DNA from: a virus
Taxonomy: Duplodnaviria > Caudoviricetes
Virus record (IMG/VR): IMGVR_UViG_2974622612_000001
Coordinates: 6,031 to 70,030 of that record
Length of the DNA stretch: 64,000 nt
Strand: one strand, 5' to 3'
Shown: piece by piece, positions 43,599 through 53,310 of the stretch
Numbering within the stretch: position 1 is the stretch's first letter
How the letters are laid out: every line of letters begins with the position of its first letter
Program-made: the position numbers and the translations under genes
The notes under the pieces: model-generated
What the model was told of the DNA's origin: nothing
The model's input: only the letters and a program-made list of their open reading frames with translations
Database searches by the model: none

Positions 43599-44126
43599 AT
43601 GACTGTCACGGACGAATCAGTAGCAGTGGAACCGGAGACCGAAGCCGTCGCGACCGACGTGGACAACGGCAACGATTCCGGCGAACCGGACAAGGACAAC
43701 CGCGACCGCGATTTCACGAAGTACCGCAAGCTCCACGAAGACCTCGCGAACTACGTCAACGCGCACAGCGGACTCGACCCGGTGACCCCGAATCAGGTCA
43801 AGGCGATCCTGTACCTGCGTCCCGACTTCAACAACACGCCGGAGCAGAAGGCCGAGCGGGACGCCCGCAAGGCGCGCAAGGCGGCTGAGGAAGCCGAGTA
43901 CGCCGGTCTCACCGACGAGCAGAAGAAGGCCAAGAAGGCCGCGAAGCGTGCCGCCGAGCAGGCTCAGCGGATGGCCGCGCGTGCCGCCGAGGCTCAGGCC
44001 GAGGCCGAACGTCTGCTCGCTCAGTCGCAGGGCACCGAGGACATCGCCGCACAGGTGGAGTCGGCGCAGGCCGACGCCAGCGAACCGGAGCCGGAGCGGC
44101 GTCCCCGCATCAGCAAGCGCCGGTAA
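43599..44126 (+). CDS. Acidic/coiled-coil protein, probably abundant
   Basis: Strong GC3 bias; own TGG-TAACGT extended -10 at 43528-43536. Confidence 0.75.
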   Translation: MTVTDESVAVEPETEAVATDVDNGNDSGEPDKDNRDRDFTKYRKLHEDLANYVNAHSGLDPVTPNQVKAILYLRPDFNNTPEQKAERDARKARKAAEEAEYAGLTDEQKKAKKAAKRAAEQAQRMAARAAEAQAEAERLLAQSQGTEDIAAQVESAQADASEPEPERRPRISKRR

Positions 44127-44144
44127 GCTCCCCGCGCGGGTGAA

Positions 44145-44192
44145 GGGGTACCGGTGCGGAATGTCTGCCACAACATTTCGCACCGGTACTTC
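44145..44192 (+). terminator. Long stem-loop after the 43599 gene
   Basis: GTACCGGTGCGGAATGT/ACATTTCGCACCGGTAC. Confidence 0.6.
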
Positions 44193-44292
44193 CGAAAATC
44201 GTTGGGTAGTTTCTCCCCGAATCCGTTTCTCCCCAACGATTCTCAGAAGTAACACCCCGGAAGATAGCGACACCGATTCGAAAGGAAATCGC

Positions 44293-44421
44293 GTGGGAAT
44301 GCAAGACCACTACCAACAGTGGGAAGACAAACAGCGGGCAATGGGCAGGCCGTATCAGCAGCCAATCGTCCCGATCCCCGAGTTCTACTGCAAGCCGGAG
44401 GATTCCAATGGCGACGACTGA
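44293..44421 (+). CDS. Small hypothetical protein, 42 aa
   Basis: AAAGGA RBS before GTG. Confidence 0.45.
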   Translation: MGMQDHYQQWEDKQRAMGRPYQQPIVPIPEFYCKPEDSNGDD

Positions 44422-44683
44422 AACGCTTCTGATCACCGTTGCCTGTGACATCCCCGGTTGCGGCAACACCATCGCGTGCGGGAATTCGTTCACGTACGCA
44501 GAGGAAAATGGGTGGCATCTGACTGTGCCCATTGACGATTCGCACAAGGACTTGTGTCCTTCGTGCTACGGCGACCTCAAGGCGTTCGTTGAAGGCAACG
44601 ACGACGACGAGTCCGACATCATGGACTTGAAAGAGGTTCTGGCCGGAGAGCAGCCGCGACCGGAGGACGCCGCGAATGACTGA
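44408..44683 (+). CDS. Small Zn-binding protein
   Basis: CDIPGC...CPSC. Confidence 0.65.
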   Translation: MATTETLLITVACDIPGCGNTIACGNSFTYAEENGWHLTVPIDDSHKDLCPSCYGDLKAFVEGNDDDESDIMDLKEVLAGEQPRPEDAAND

Positions 44684-45950
44684 TCTCATCCCCCTTCCTT
44701 TGCTTCGGAATTCGGAGCGAAAGGACTTCAAAACCTGTCAGGCCAAGTGGAATTGGGCCTGGAACTTCGGCCTCAAGCTCAAGATTCCCACGCAAAGTGC
44801 CGCGTGGTTTGGTACCGGCTGGCATCTGGTGTGGGCCGAATACTACACGCCCCCACCGGGTAAGGACGGTTTCACGCGATCCGAGAAGGACCCGCACGAA
44901 ACCTGGGCCGAATACTGCAAGGGTGAATACGCTTCGATTTCAAGCGGACCCTACTGGGATGAAGTAGCCGAGAAGGAGTGGCACGACGCAGAAACGTTGG
45001 GCCACATCATGATCGACAACTACCTAGAGGAATACGGAAACCCTGCCGATCCTCACTGGGAAGTGCTGATGCCCGAGCAGCGTTTCCGCGCCAGAATTCC
45101 GTTGAACGCCCGCCAGCAGGCGATGCCCCTTTCGAGGCGAATTGCATTGGGATTGGACGGGAAACACTTCATCACCGACCTACGCGGCACGTTCGACATG
45201 CCGGTGCGCGATCACAGCTTCGACCCTCCCCGCGTCGTGGTGGTGGATCACAAGACCACCAACAAGAAAGAGAACGTCCGGTGGCTCACCAAGGACGACC
45301 AGAGCGGAACCTACATCACCATCGGCACTCAGTTCCTCCGGCGCAACGGGTTGATTCTGCCCTCTGAATCAGTCTGGGGAGCCATCTGGAGTTACGCCCG
45401 AAAAGGTAAGAAGCCCGACGACGAAATTCTGGACAGTCAGGGTCGGAAACGAAACAAACCTGAGAAGAAACACTACGCAGAACAGTTGGACGGCATGACG
45501 ATTGCCGGTGCCTTCTACTCTGCGGAGACGCTGATGGGCATGCCCATCACGTCCAAGGTCGAGTCCAAGATGACCTTGGAAAAACTCGCTCAGATCGCAG
45601 GAGTCCGTGTGTTGGGCGAGGTTTCAAAGCAACAGCCTTCCCCACTGTTCTGGCGCGAACCGGTGGAACGCGGACGCAACAACCGCATGCGACAGTTGGA
45701 GCGCATCGCTGACGACGCAGAGCAAATGGCTGCGATTCGCAACGAGCTTGCACCGGTCACGAAAAACCCCGGCGAGCACTGCAACTGGTGCCAGTTCTCG
45801 GACCTGTGCGATCTGGACGAAAACGGCGATGAGACAGACGAATACATCAAAGCCGTGTATGACGTGGTTGATCCTTACGCGGATCACCGTGAAGGCGCAC
45901 GGAATTCGAAAGAAACCGTGCAGGCAAAGAAAGCGACTGGTGTGCAATGA
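44676..45950 (+). CDS. Cas4-like / RecB-family PD-(D/E)xK exonuclease
   Basis: N-terminal SERKDFKTC, GTFD...VDHKT, C-terminal CNWCQFSDLC. Confidence 0.8.
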   Translation: MTDLIPLPLLRNSERKDFKTCQAKWNWAWNFGLKLKIPTQSAAWFGTGWHLVWAEYYTPPPGKDGFTRSEKDPHETWAEYCKGEYASISSGPYWDEVAEKEWHDAETLGHIMIDNYLEEYGNPADPHWEVLMPEQRFRARIPLNARQQAMPLSRRIALGLDGKHFITDLRGTFDMPVRDHSFDPPRVVVVDHKTTNKKENVRWLTKDDQSGTYITIGTQFLRRNGLILPSESVWGAIWSYARKGKKPDDEILDSQGRKRNKPEKKHYAEQLDGMTIAGAFYSAETLMGMPITSKVESKMTLEKLAQIAGVRVLGEVSKQQPSPLFWREPVERGRNNRMRQLERIADDAEQMAAIRNELAPVTKNPGEHCNWCQFSDLCDLDENGDETDEYIKAVYDVVDPYADHREGARNSKETVQAKKATGVQ

Positions 45951-46063
45951 GTTGGGTCCTGTTCTTCCAGCTTCTCGTCCTGATCGGATGGACCGGCTTC
46001 TGGCTGAGTTTCGTTGCCCAACAGGGTCGTCGGCATATCGTGGTGAACAACCGTGAAAACTAA
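45947..46063 (+). CDS. Small membrane protein, 38 aa (not in the ORF track)
   Basis: MSWVLFFQLLVLIGWTGFWLSFVAQQGRRHIVVNNREN; ATGA overlap. Confidence 0.5.
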   Translation: MSWVLFFQLLVLIGWTGFWLSFVAQQGRRHIVVNNREN

Positions 46064-46280
46064 GGCGAAACTGGCTGAGGCCAAACGAAAGAGACCTCAC
46101 CTTGGCGAACCCAAGGTGACTGTCACCCCGAACCCGAAAAAGGTTCTGTGGTGTCCGTTCTGCGACTGGCGACACAGCGACAGCTTCACCGGCAGACGCA
46201 GGCTTGGGAACCACTGTGCGGACGCGCATTACGACGAAGTTGCGTTCGACCAGGGAGAGGAACCACCCGACCTTGAGTGA
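46053..46280 (+). CDS. C2H2-type Zn-finger protein
   Basis: CPFC...H...H. Confidence 0.6.
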   Translation: MKTKAKLAEAKRKRPHLGEPKVTVTPNPKKVLWCPFCDWRHSDSFTGRRRLGNHCADAHYDEVAFDQGEEPPDLE

Positions 46281-46332
46281 CCTCAACGCGTTCAAAAATC
46301 ACATCCGATCCAAGATGAAAAGGAAACGAATC

Positions 46333-46677
46333 ATGGTGCAATCACCACCGAACGAGCTGAAAATCGTTGCGATCACGGAGTTCACGCGTTCGTACAAGAA
46401 CGACGAGTGGTACTGGACAACCAAGTCTCCCAACGGCGATGTCGTCGGTGACGGCTCCGAGGGATACAAGGAGCTTCGGAAAGCCCTGGCGGGCTTCGAC
46501 GCTCAGCAGGGCGGTTTGTCGGCGTCCTACAGTAAGCTTGTGAAGGTGAGCGACAGGGAGTACCACATTCGCAAGTACGCCTTGGGTGCCCCCGATCCGT
46601 TCGACCCGACGAATCCGCTCGCAACTGTCAGCACCGGCTGGCAGCCACCGGAAGCGCAGACGGCTACCGCAGAGTAG
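46333..46677 (+). CDS. DUF1508 (YegP)-like protein
   Basis: EWYWTTKSPNGDVVGDGSEGY; AAAAGGA RBS. Confidence 0.55.
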   Translation: MVQSPPNELKIVAITEFTRSYKNDEWYWTTKSPNGDVVGDGSEGYKELRKALAGFDAQQGGLSASYSKLVKVSDREYHIRKYALGAPDPFDPTNPLATVSTGWQPPEAQTATAE

Positions 46678-46709
46678 TCCGACTGCAAACGCACAGAAAG
46701 TAGTTACGA

Positions 46710-47726
46710 ATGCCAGTTCCAACTACCAAAAAGGTCAAGGACAACGTAAAGCATTGGAACTTCCTGCTTTACGCTGATTCCGGCGCAGGGAAAACCGTCT
46801 ACGCTCTGAAAAAGGGCGGCAAGCGAATCCTCGTCATGGCGATGGGTGCCGAGGACGACGGTCTCATGAGCGCGGCTCGACTGGGTACCGAAGCGGACCA
46901 GATCGAAACGAACGAGTGGGAAGACGTGATGAAGGCGAACAACGACCTGTGGTCGCCGGAGGGGTTGGAGTGGTTGCAGGACAACTACGACATCCTCGTC
47001 ATCGATTCCCTGACAGAAATGGATTCGATGATCATGCGCTACATCCTGCGTATGACACGCGAGCAGAAGTTGTCCAAGGACACCGATCCCGACCAACCCT
47101 GGATCGATGACTACGGCAAGCGAAACATCATCTTGGAGAAGTTCGTTCGCTCCATGAACGACCTCCCGATCAACGTCTTCTACACGGCGCTGCCGCGTAT
47201 CGCGGAGGACCCCGACAAGAAGGAATTCGTTGTGCCTGCGATTGGTGGCAACAAGCCCACCGATTTCCGGTTCGCAATGAAGATCGTTTCGCTGATGACC
47301 TCCTACGGTTACATGCGCGTGGAGGAAGTCACCGAACCGGCACCGACCGAGGACGATCCCGAGCGCAAGCGCAAGGTCAAGCAGCGCGTGATCTACTGGG
47401 AGGACACGTCTTTCAGTAAGGGCAAGGATCGCACGGTCTCGCTCACGCCGAAGACGGTCAACTTCAACATTCAGAAGATGGCACTGTGCATCGAAGGCCG
47501 AATCGACAGGGATGGCAAGCCGAAGCAGGCAGAACGCCGACCCGCTGTGAAAGCCGTTGCACCGCCGAAGAAAGCCGCGCCGCAGGCTAGTCCAGCCCCG
47601 GCAAAAGCGGTAGAGTCGAAGTCGGAGCCACAACCGGCTCCGAAGCCGGAACCGAAACCGGCTGAAAACGCACCGGAAGGGGAAACCGACGACGCAGCAA
47701 TCGATCTGGTGACCACAGAACCGTAA
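46710..47726 (+). CDS. AAA_24-type ATPase (recombination module)
   Basis: YADSGAGKT Walker A; LVIDSLT Walker B. Confidence 0.8.
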   Translation: MPVPTTKKVKDNVKHWNFLLYADSGAGKTVYALKKGGKRILVMAMGAEDDGLMSAARLGTEADQIETNEWEDVMKANNDLWSPEGLEWLQDNYDILVIDSLTEMDSMIMRYILRMTREQKLSKDTDPDQPWIDDYGKRNIILEKFVRSMNDLPINVFYTALPRIAEDPDKKEFVVPAIGGNKPTDFRFAMKIVSLMTSYGYMRVEEVTEPAPTEDDPERKRKVKQRVIYWEDTSFSKGKDRTVSLTPKTVNFNIQKMALCIEGRIDRDGKPKQAERRPAVKAVAPPKKAAPQASPAPAKAVESKSEPQPAPKPEPKPAENAPEGETDDAAIDLVTTEP

Positions 47727-47784
47727 CCACTACAAGAGTCGGCATAGCAACAACTCTGAAAACACACTGAAAAGGAACACCGAA

Positions 47785-48504
47785 ATGCCGAAGTTCGATC
47801 TGGACATCAATGGCGTAGACGACGGAGTAGCCGAGGGCTACGAAGTGTGGAGCGGCCCGCTTCCCACTCCCGGCGTCTATGACGGCAAGCTCAAGGTCGC
47901 GCAGATTGTTGTGATCGATCCCGATGGGACGAAGCACAGCAAGAACGCTGGCAAGAACCGCGTGAAGATCGGCGTCGAACTCGCTGGAAACACAGGCGAA
48001 AAGGCGCAGTTCAACGGGTTCACTGCATGGGGCGGGGTCAACCTCGTTGACTCCGGCAAGCCCTTCATCAATCAGTGGCTTCTCGCCCTGACCGATGGCT
48101 CCGACGAGGAATTCCTCGCGATCAAGAAAGCCTTCTACGAGGGCGGCATTCGCGTGGACGAGAAGAAGGAGCACATCACGGCCATTGGCCGGTGGTCGGT
48201 CGAGTCGCCCAACGGCGAGTTGCCGATCAAGCTCTCGCTCAAGCATCGCCAGTTCACCAAGACGCTGGACGACGGCACGAAATCCACACGGACTCAGGTG
48301 GATATTGCCGCGTTCCTGCGTCGGGACGGCGGTAGCTCCGCTGGCGGGGCTGTGAGTGAGGACGAACCGGCAGCCGAGCCGACCGACGACGAGGACTACG
48401 GCGACGACGGCACCTACGAGGACGCCGACGTGGACATGTCCGACGCGGGCGAATTCGATGAATCGGTGCTCGACGCCGAAGACGAGCCGGTGCAAACCGG
48501 CTAG
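47785..48504 (+). CDS. ssDNA-binding-like protein with acidic tail
   Basis: PTPGVYDGKLK beta motif, D/E-rich C-terminus, follows the AAA ATPase. Confidence 0.6.
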   Translation: MPKFDLDINGVDDGVAEGYEVWSGPLPTPGVYDGKLKVAQIVVIDPDGTKHSKNAGKNRVKIGVELAGNTGEKAQFNGFTAWGGVNLVDSGKPFINQWLLALTDGSDEEFLAIKKAFYEGGIRVDEKKEHITAIGRWSVESPNGELPIKLSLKHRQFTKTLDDGTKSTRTQVDIAAFLRRDGGSSAGGAVSEDEPAAEPTDDEDYGDDGTYEDADVDMSDAGEFDESVLDAEDEPVQTG

Positions 48505-48770
48505 AAACTCAGGAGCTACCTTCCTGGGATGGTGAACCGGGGGAGCGAGGGCAACAAAACCCGAACTCCCCCGGTTTCCAACAGAAATGCGGTGGAAATG
48601 TGTATAAATTCTGGCTCTGCACCTTCTGTGGAGCAAGCAATCACGCCTCAAGCGACCGCTGTTTCAAATGCCATGCACGACGACCATGACCGCTGCGAGT
48701 GCGGTTGCCCCCGAGTTTGGACAAAGCACGGATGGCTTTGTCTCCACTGCGATTTGAATAGGATTCCAGC

Positions 48771-49103
48771 ATGAAGGTTGAAGGAACGCAGGACAGCAAG
48801 ATCGTCGAATCGGTTTCAGCGGCAACTGATTCCAAGCTCGTTTTCAACGACGCCATCACCGCATGCACGCTCAGCGACGGTGCCATGTACCACATCAAGC
48901 CGGGAAGCTTTCACATCCACAAGGCGCGTGCTGGCAACAATCCGCAGAGCGGCCCTCCCTTCGTGCGCTTCATCGCGATCATGGAAGGCGCGTCAGGCCG
49001 ACCCCATGAGACCATGGTCGAAACGTTCCTCACGTCGCTGGTGGCCGTGTTCTATCCGGTGCCCGAGGACAAGGCCGACGACGAGACTGACGAGAAGTCA
49101 TGA
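48771..49103 (+). CDS. Hypothetical protein, probably leaderless
   Basis: TAGGAT 6 nt before ATG. Confidence 0.7.
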   Translation: MKVEGTQDSKIVESVSAATDSKLVFNDAITACTLSDGAMYHIKPGSFHIHKARAGNNPQSGPPFVRFIAIMEGASGRPHETMVETFLTSLVAVFYPVPEDKADDETDEKS

Positions 49104-49501
49104 GCCTCGAAAGCGTGCTGGAACGTATAGCGATTGCGTTGGAAAACCCACCGCAAATCGTCAACGTCTCGGAAGCGAACAAAGACGACGACGATCTGGA
49201 CCCAACTTTCGCCGCGCTCGCCGGAGCCTGTTATTCCATGGCAGAGCAACTTGAAAAGGTGTTGGACGAACCGGATCAGTTTAAGAAAGCACAGGGTTTG
49301 CGGAACTTGGTTCGCCAAATCCGTTCCCTGGCTGACAAATACGCCGAACAGGCGCAAGCAGAAGACTACCGGCATGTCATGCAATCGCGGATTCGCAAGG
49401 TAGAATCGAACGATGAACCGGAACCGGAAACACCGGTAGTCGAGCCTGATCCGAGGTACAAACCCAAGGGTCAGTGGAAGGGTCCGCAAGGCGGTGAATA
49501 G
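49100..49501 (+). CDS. Hypothetical protein
   Basis: ATGA overlap. Confidence 0.65.
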   Translation: MSLESVLERIAIALENPPQIVNVSEANKDDDDLDPTFAALAGACYSMAEQLEKVLDEPDQFKKAQGLRNLVRQIRSLADKYAEQAQAEDYRHVMQSRIRKVESNDEPEPETPVVEPDPRYKPKGQWKGPQGGE

Positions 49502-49503
49502 AT

Positions 49504-49944
49504 GTGAAGATCGAAAGCATCAGTAGCTACGGAATAGCGGCTGGAATCGTAGTCGCTTGCGCTGCAACAGTTCTGTGGTGGACTCCGGCGAGTACCAACG
49601 TGGAGACCCCCGACTTCGAACAGTCGAACAACTTCTTTCCCGATGCACCGGCCAACGTCGTCATCCCTCCGCGCAACTTGCCGCAGACGCCGTTGCAGCC
49701 GTCCCCTGCGCCTCCTGGTGGATCACCGATCCCCAGCGCCGAAGGCAACATGCCTCCGCGTCAACAGCCGAACACGCGGCCTCCTGGGCAGCTACCGGGG
49801 TTGAATTCGCCTCCCTCGCCGCTGCCGGTGCCGTCTGGACCGCCGATCACGCCTCCCCCACCACCGTTGCCGGAGCCAGATCGCAACCCCTGCCCAATCG
49901 GGTTGCGGCTTGATCCGCTGCTGGGTATCTGCATCAAGCTATGA
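49504..49944 (+). CDS. Membrane-anchored Pro-rich protein
   Basis: N-terminal TM helix and PPPPP tracts. Confidence 0.6.
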   Translation: MKIESISSYGIAAGIVVACAATVLWWTPASTNVETPDFEQSNNFFPDAPANVVIPPRNLPQTPLQPSPAPPGGSPIPSAEGNMPPRQQPNTRPPGQLPGLNSPPSPLPVPSGPPITPPPPPLPEPDRNPCPIGLRLDPLLGICIKL

Positions 49945-52900
49945 GCGTCGAACAGGATACGAAACGGATGAAATTCGTTTCGTTTCATACGCACAACACC
50001 TACTCGTATGCAGACGCTCTGTGCATGCCGAGTATTCATGCCCAACGCGCTGCCGACCTTGGCATGTGGGCGCTGGGAACGTCCAACCACGGCAACGTCA
50101 ACGACCACGCATCGTTTGAGCGTGAGTGTATTGAGCGCGGAATCAAGCCGATCTTCGGTTGCGAAATCTACTTCGCCCCTGTCGATGAAGACAACAAGAC
50201 GCGTCGTAAAACGCACCTGACCATCTTCGCGATGAACGAGCAGGGCTACCGGAATCTGAATCGCATTGTGACGCAAAGCTATGTGGATTCTTACCAGTTT
50301 CCCACCGTTTCCTGGGAAACCCTGACCAAGTACAACGAAGGACTCGCTGTGCTTTCGGGATGCGCCGACTCGCTGCTTTCCTGCACGATGTTGGGCGGCA
50401 AATACCTTGGGGAACAACGCAGTTACGTCACCGAAGACGACTTGAGCAACGCCCGCGTTCTGATCGAACGGTATGTGGATGTATTCGGAGACCGTTTTCA
50501 CCTAGAAGTGCAACGCTTTCCGCACTACGACCGTACCCGCCAGTTGAACCCGGCACTGGCAGACCTGTCGGCGCGCACTGGTGTGCCGCTGATCGCCACA
50601 GCAGACGTTCACTACCCGTTCCCCGACCAGAACAAGCTGCAAGCCTTGTTGCACGCCGCACGCTGGAAAAGCACGCCAGAATTCGCCGCAGAAGCATCCT
50701 GGGAGCATGACGCAAAACTCACGTACCCGTTGGACGACAACGAAATTCATGACGATCTGGTGGAAACGGGCCTGGATTCGGCTGACGCGTGGCGGGCAAT
50801 CCAACACACGTCGATACTCGCTGAGCGATGCACAGTCACACTGCCTAAAGCAAAGCCCCTACGGTTCAAATGCGAACCGGGATTGACTGCAAAGCAACAG
50901 CTTTCGCGTGAGATTGCACGCGGTTGGAAATACCGCGTTGCACAGCGGCCCGACATGGCTCGACGCAAGGCCGAGTACGTCAAGCGGTTGCAGTATGAGT
51001 ACAAGATCATCACCGACAAGGACTTTGGAGACTACTTCCTGGTCATCAGCGACCTTGTACGGAGGGCCAAGGACCGATCAACAGACGTTGGGCCTGCACG
51101 TGGGTCGGCTGCCGCGTCGTTGATTTCGTACCTGCTGCGCATCACCGAGATTGACCCGCTTCACCCTCTGTTCGACAAGATGGTGTTCGAACGATTCATT
51201 GATCCCAACCGTTCGGATTACCCCGACATCGATCTGGATTTCGATGACGAAAAGCGTTGGGAGACAGAGAAAGATGCCCGAGACCTCTACGGACCAGAGA
51301 ACGTGGCGAACGTGGCTAACCAAACCGGTTACCACGGCAAGAACACACTCAAAGATGTCGCTAGGGCTTATAAGCTTCCACTGGAAACCTTTAAGGCAAT
51401 CGCCAAGCGAACGACCGTGCGCGTTGAAACGGACGATAAGCGCAACGATTCAATTTCAGATGTCCTCGAAAGCTATGCGACTCACCCTGAGATTGCAGGA
51501 CTCATCGAAGCACATGCAGATAAGTTGGCGATGGCCGTCGCGCTCGAATCCGGTTGCGGTGACGGTAATCTTCACTCGTCATCAGTACACGCTTGCGGCT
51601 ATGTAATCGCTTCCGATCCCATCCCCGATGTCTGTGCGATCTACCTCAAGGACAAGGGAACCGGTTCGAAAAAGACCAAGGTTCAGGTGATTCCGTACGA
51701 CAAGCGGGACGCTGAGAGCTTGGGCATGCTCAAGGTGGACTTCCTGGGGTCCTCGACCATGGGCGCAATTGGCTTGATGCGCAAGTGGTCTCGCGTGGAA
51801 TTGGAAGACCTTTACCTTTCAATCTACAAGGACTACGAGCACTGGATTCGTGTGCAGCGCCGGAAGAAAGCCAACCCCGACAAGAAAAACATGTTCACTG
51901 CCAACCGATTTGACAACATTTTGGCCCGTTTCCGTAAGGACGATGTTGTCGGAATCATGCAGTTCGAAGGCGGTACAACCCGCCAAGTGTGTCGAAACGT
52001 CCAGCCGGTCAACTTTGACGAGTTGGCAGCATGCACGGCGCTGAGCCGTCCCGGCCCGTACTACGGCGGTCAGTACACCGAGTACGTCGCAGTCAAGAAC
52101 GGCGAAAAGGATTGGCTGCGAATCCATCCCGAAGGGTTTGATCGGCATGTGGCTTTCACTTTCGGCCAAATTGTTTATCAAGAGCAGATCATGTGGATAC
52201 TGCGAGATTTGGCTGGATTCGAGAACGCGGAAGTGCTGCGCGTTCGCAAGATTATCGGGAAGAAGTTGGGGGAGTTTCAGTTTGAAGCAATCAAACAGCA
52301 GTTTGTCGATGGCTGCGCGGCCACGTGTGGCATCGATGCTGATACGGCCCTACGTGTATTCGGTGCGATCCGTACGGCTGCCGGTTACGCGTTCAATATC
52401 GCTCACGCTTACGCTTACGCGCTTATCGCGTACTGGCAAATGGGCTTCAAAATCGATTACACCACAGAGTTTTTCGCAGGTACCCTCTACAAAAACGGAG
52501 ACGGAAAGAAAGAGATTCCGAGGCGTACTGCGGTACTTCAAGACGCAGAAGCACACCGTATCGGTATCGGTGGCTGGGACCTCAACCTCTCCGAAGCGAA
52601 CTGGCGACCGCACTACTCAGTGAACATGCCAGCGCGCTACCGTGGAATGGTTCTGCCTGGGTTTCAACAGATTCCCGGCATAGCCGAGGCCACGGCCAAG
52701 GCGATCTTGGACTGGCGCTACAACCTGCCGTGGCAGGACATCCCCACAGCCGACGACTGGCACGTGCTGGGGCTGGACAACAAAAAGGGTGGCTGCCCTG
52801 GAATCGGCGTCGATACCGCTGAAAAGATAAAGGCTTTCGTCTCGAAACCAGATGCGTTGGGCGTCAACAGAACTGCCAACCAGCTTGGCGGGTTCCGCAA

Positions 52901-53303
52901 GCAGCTAGCCAACGGCGATTTCGACTCCACTGGCCTGCCGACAAGCGACTACGCGCTTTCCAACGCGCTGCCAGCGGTCGCGAGTACGGCCTTCGTCGGG
53001 TTGGTTGCCAACATCGTTTATCGCGACGAGATTGAAACCATTCGCTCACGAACTGGGCTGGCCGTCGATGTGATCAAGGGTCAACTGGAAGACCCTGAAA
53101 TGACTAAGAAAGCAACGATTTTCGCTTACGATGAGTACGGCGAGATAGCTTTACGCATTTCAAGATGGCAGTACCCACGGCTAGCTAGTAAGCTTGAAGC
53201 TATACGCAACGACCACCACATCATCGTCGTGTGGGGACGGACGTACGAAGCTAACGCCAATTCCATTCAAGTAAAAGCCCTTTGGGTTTTGCAGCCAGAC
53301 TAG
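49941..53303 (+). CDS. dnaE: DNA polymerase III alpha subunit
   Basis: PHP (HTH, NHG, GCE, DVH), GPARGSAA, PDIDLDF, KVDFLG, YAFNIAHA. Confidence 0.97.
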   Translation: MSVEQDTKRMKFVSFHTHNTYSYADALCMPSIHAQRAADLGMWALGTSNHGNVNDHASFERECIERGIKPIFGCEIYFAPVDEDNKTRRKTHLTIFAMNEQGYRNLNRIVTQSYVDSYQFPTVSWETLTKYNEGLAVLSGCADSLLSCTMLGGKYLGEQRSYVTEDDLSNARVLIERYVDVFGDRFHLEVQRFPHYDRTRQLNPALADLSARTGVPLIATADVHYPFPDQNKLQALLHAARWKSTPEFAAEASWEHDAKLTYPLDDNEIHDDLVETGLDSADAWRAIQHTSILAERCTVTLPKAKPLRFKCEPGLTAKQQLSREIARGWKYRVAQRPDMARRKAEYVKRLQYEYKIITDKDFGDYFLVISDLVRRAKDRSTDVGPARGSAAASLISYLLRITEIDPLHPLFDKMVFERFIDPNRSDYPDIDLDFDDEKRWETEKDARDLYGPENVANVANQTGYHGKNTLKDVARAYKLPLETFKAIAKRTTVRVETDDKRNDSISDVLESYATHPEIAGLIEAHADKLAMAVALESGCGDGNLHSSSVHACGYVIASDPIPDVCAIYLKDKGTGSKKTKVQVIPYDKRDAESLGMLKVDFLGSSTMGAIGLMRKWSRVELEDLYLSIYKDYEHWIRVQRRKKANPDKKNMFTANRFDNILARFRKDDVVGIMQFEGGTTRQVCRNVQPVNFDELAACTALSRPGPYYGGQYTEYVAVKNGEKDWLRIHPEGFDRHVAFTFGQIVYQEQIMWILRDLAGFENAEVLRVRKIIGKKLGEFQFEAIKQQFVDGCAATCGIDADTALRVFGAIRTAAGYAFNIAHAYAYALIAYWQMGFKIDYTTEFFAGTLYKNGDGKKEIPRRTAVLQDAEAHRIGIGGWDLNLSEANWRPHYSVNMPARYRGMVLPGFQQIPGIAEATAKAILDWRYNLPWQDIPTADDWHVLGLDNKKGGCPGIGVDTAEKIKAFVSKPDALGVNRTANQLGGFRKQLANGDFDSTGLPTSDYALSNALPAVASTAFVGLVANIVYRDEIETIRSRTGLAVDVIKGQLEDPEMTKKATIFAYDEYGEIALRISRWQYPRLASKLEAIRNDHHIIVVWGRTYEANANSIQVKALWVLQPD

Positions 53304-53310
53304 GAGCATC

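Noticed and set aside
48529-48774. 81-aa ORF between the SSB-like gene and 48771
   Set aside because: It overlaps a hairpin and a predicted promoter and has no clear start; a shorter Cys/His C-terminal part may be real but is not supportable here.
49941-53303. Intein or intron in DnaE, helicase or primase
   Set aside because: Sizes are normal, catalytic motifs are contiguous, and no splice-junction or homing-endonuclease motifs were seen.
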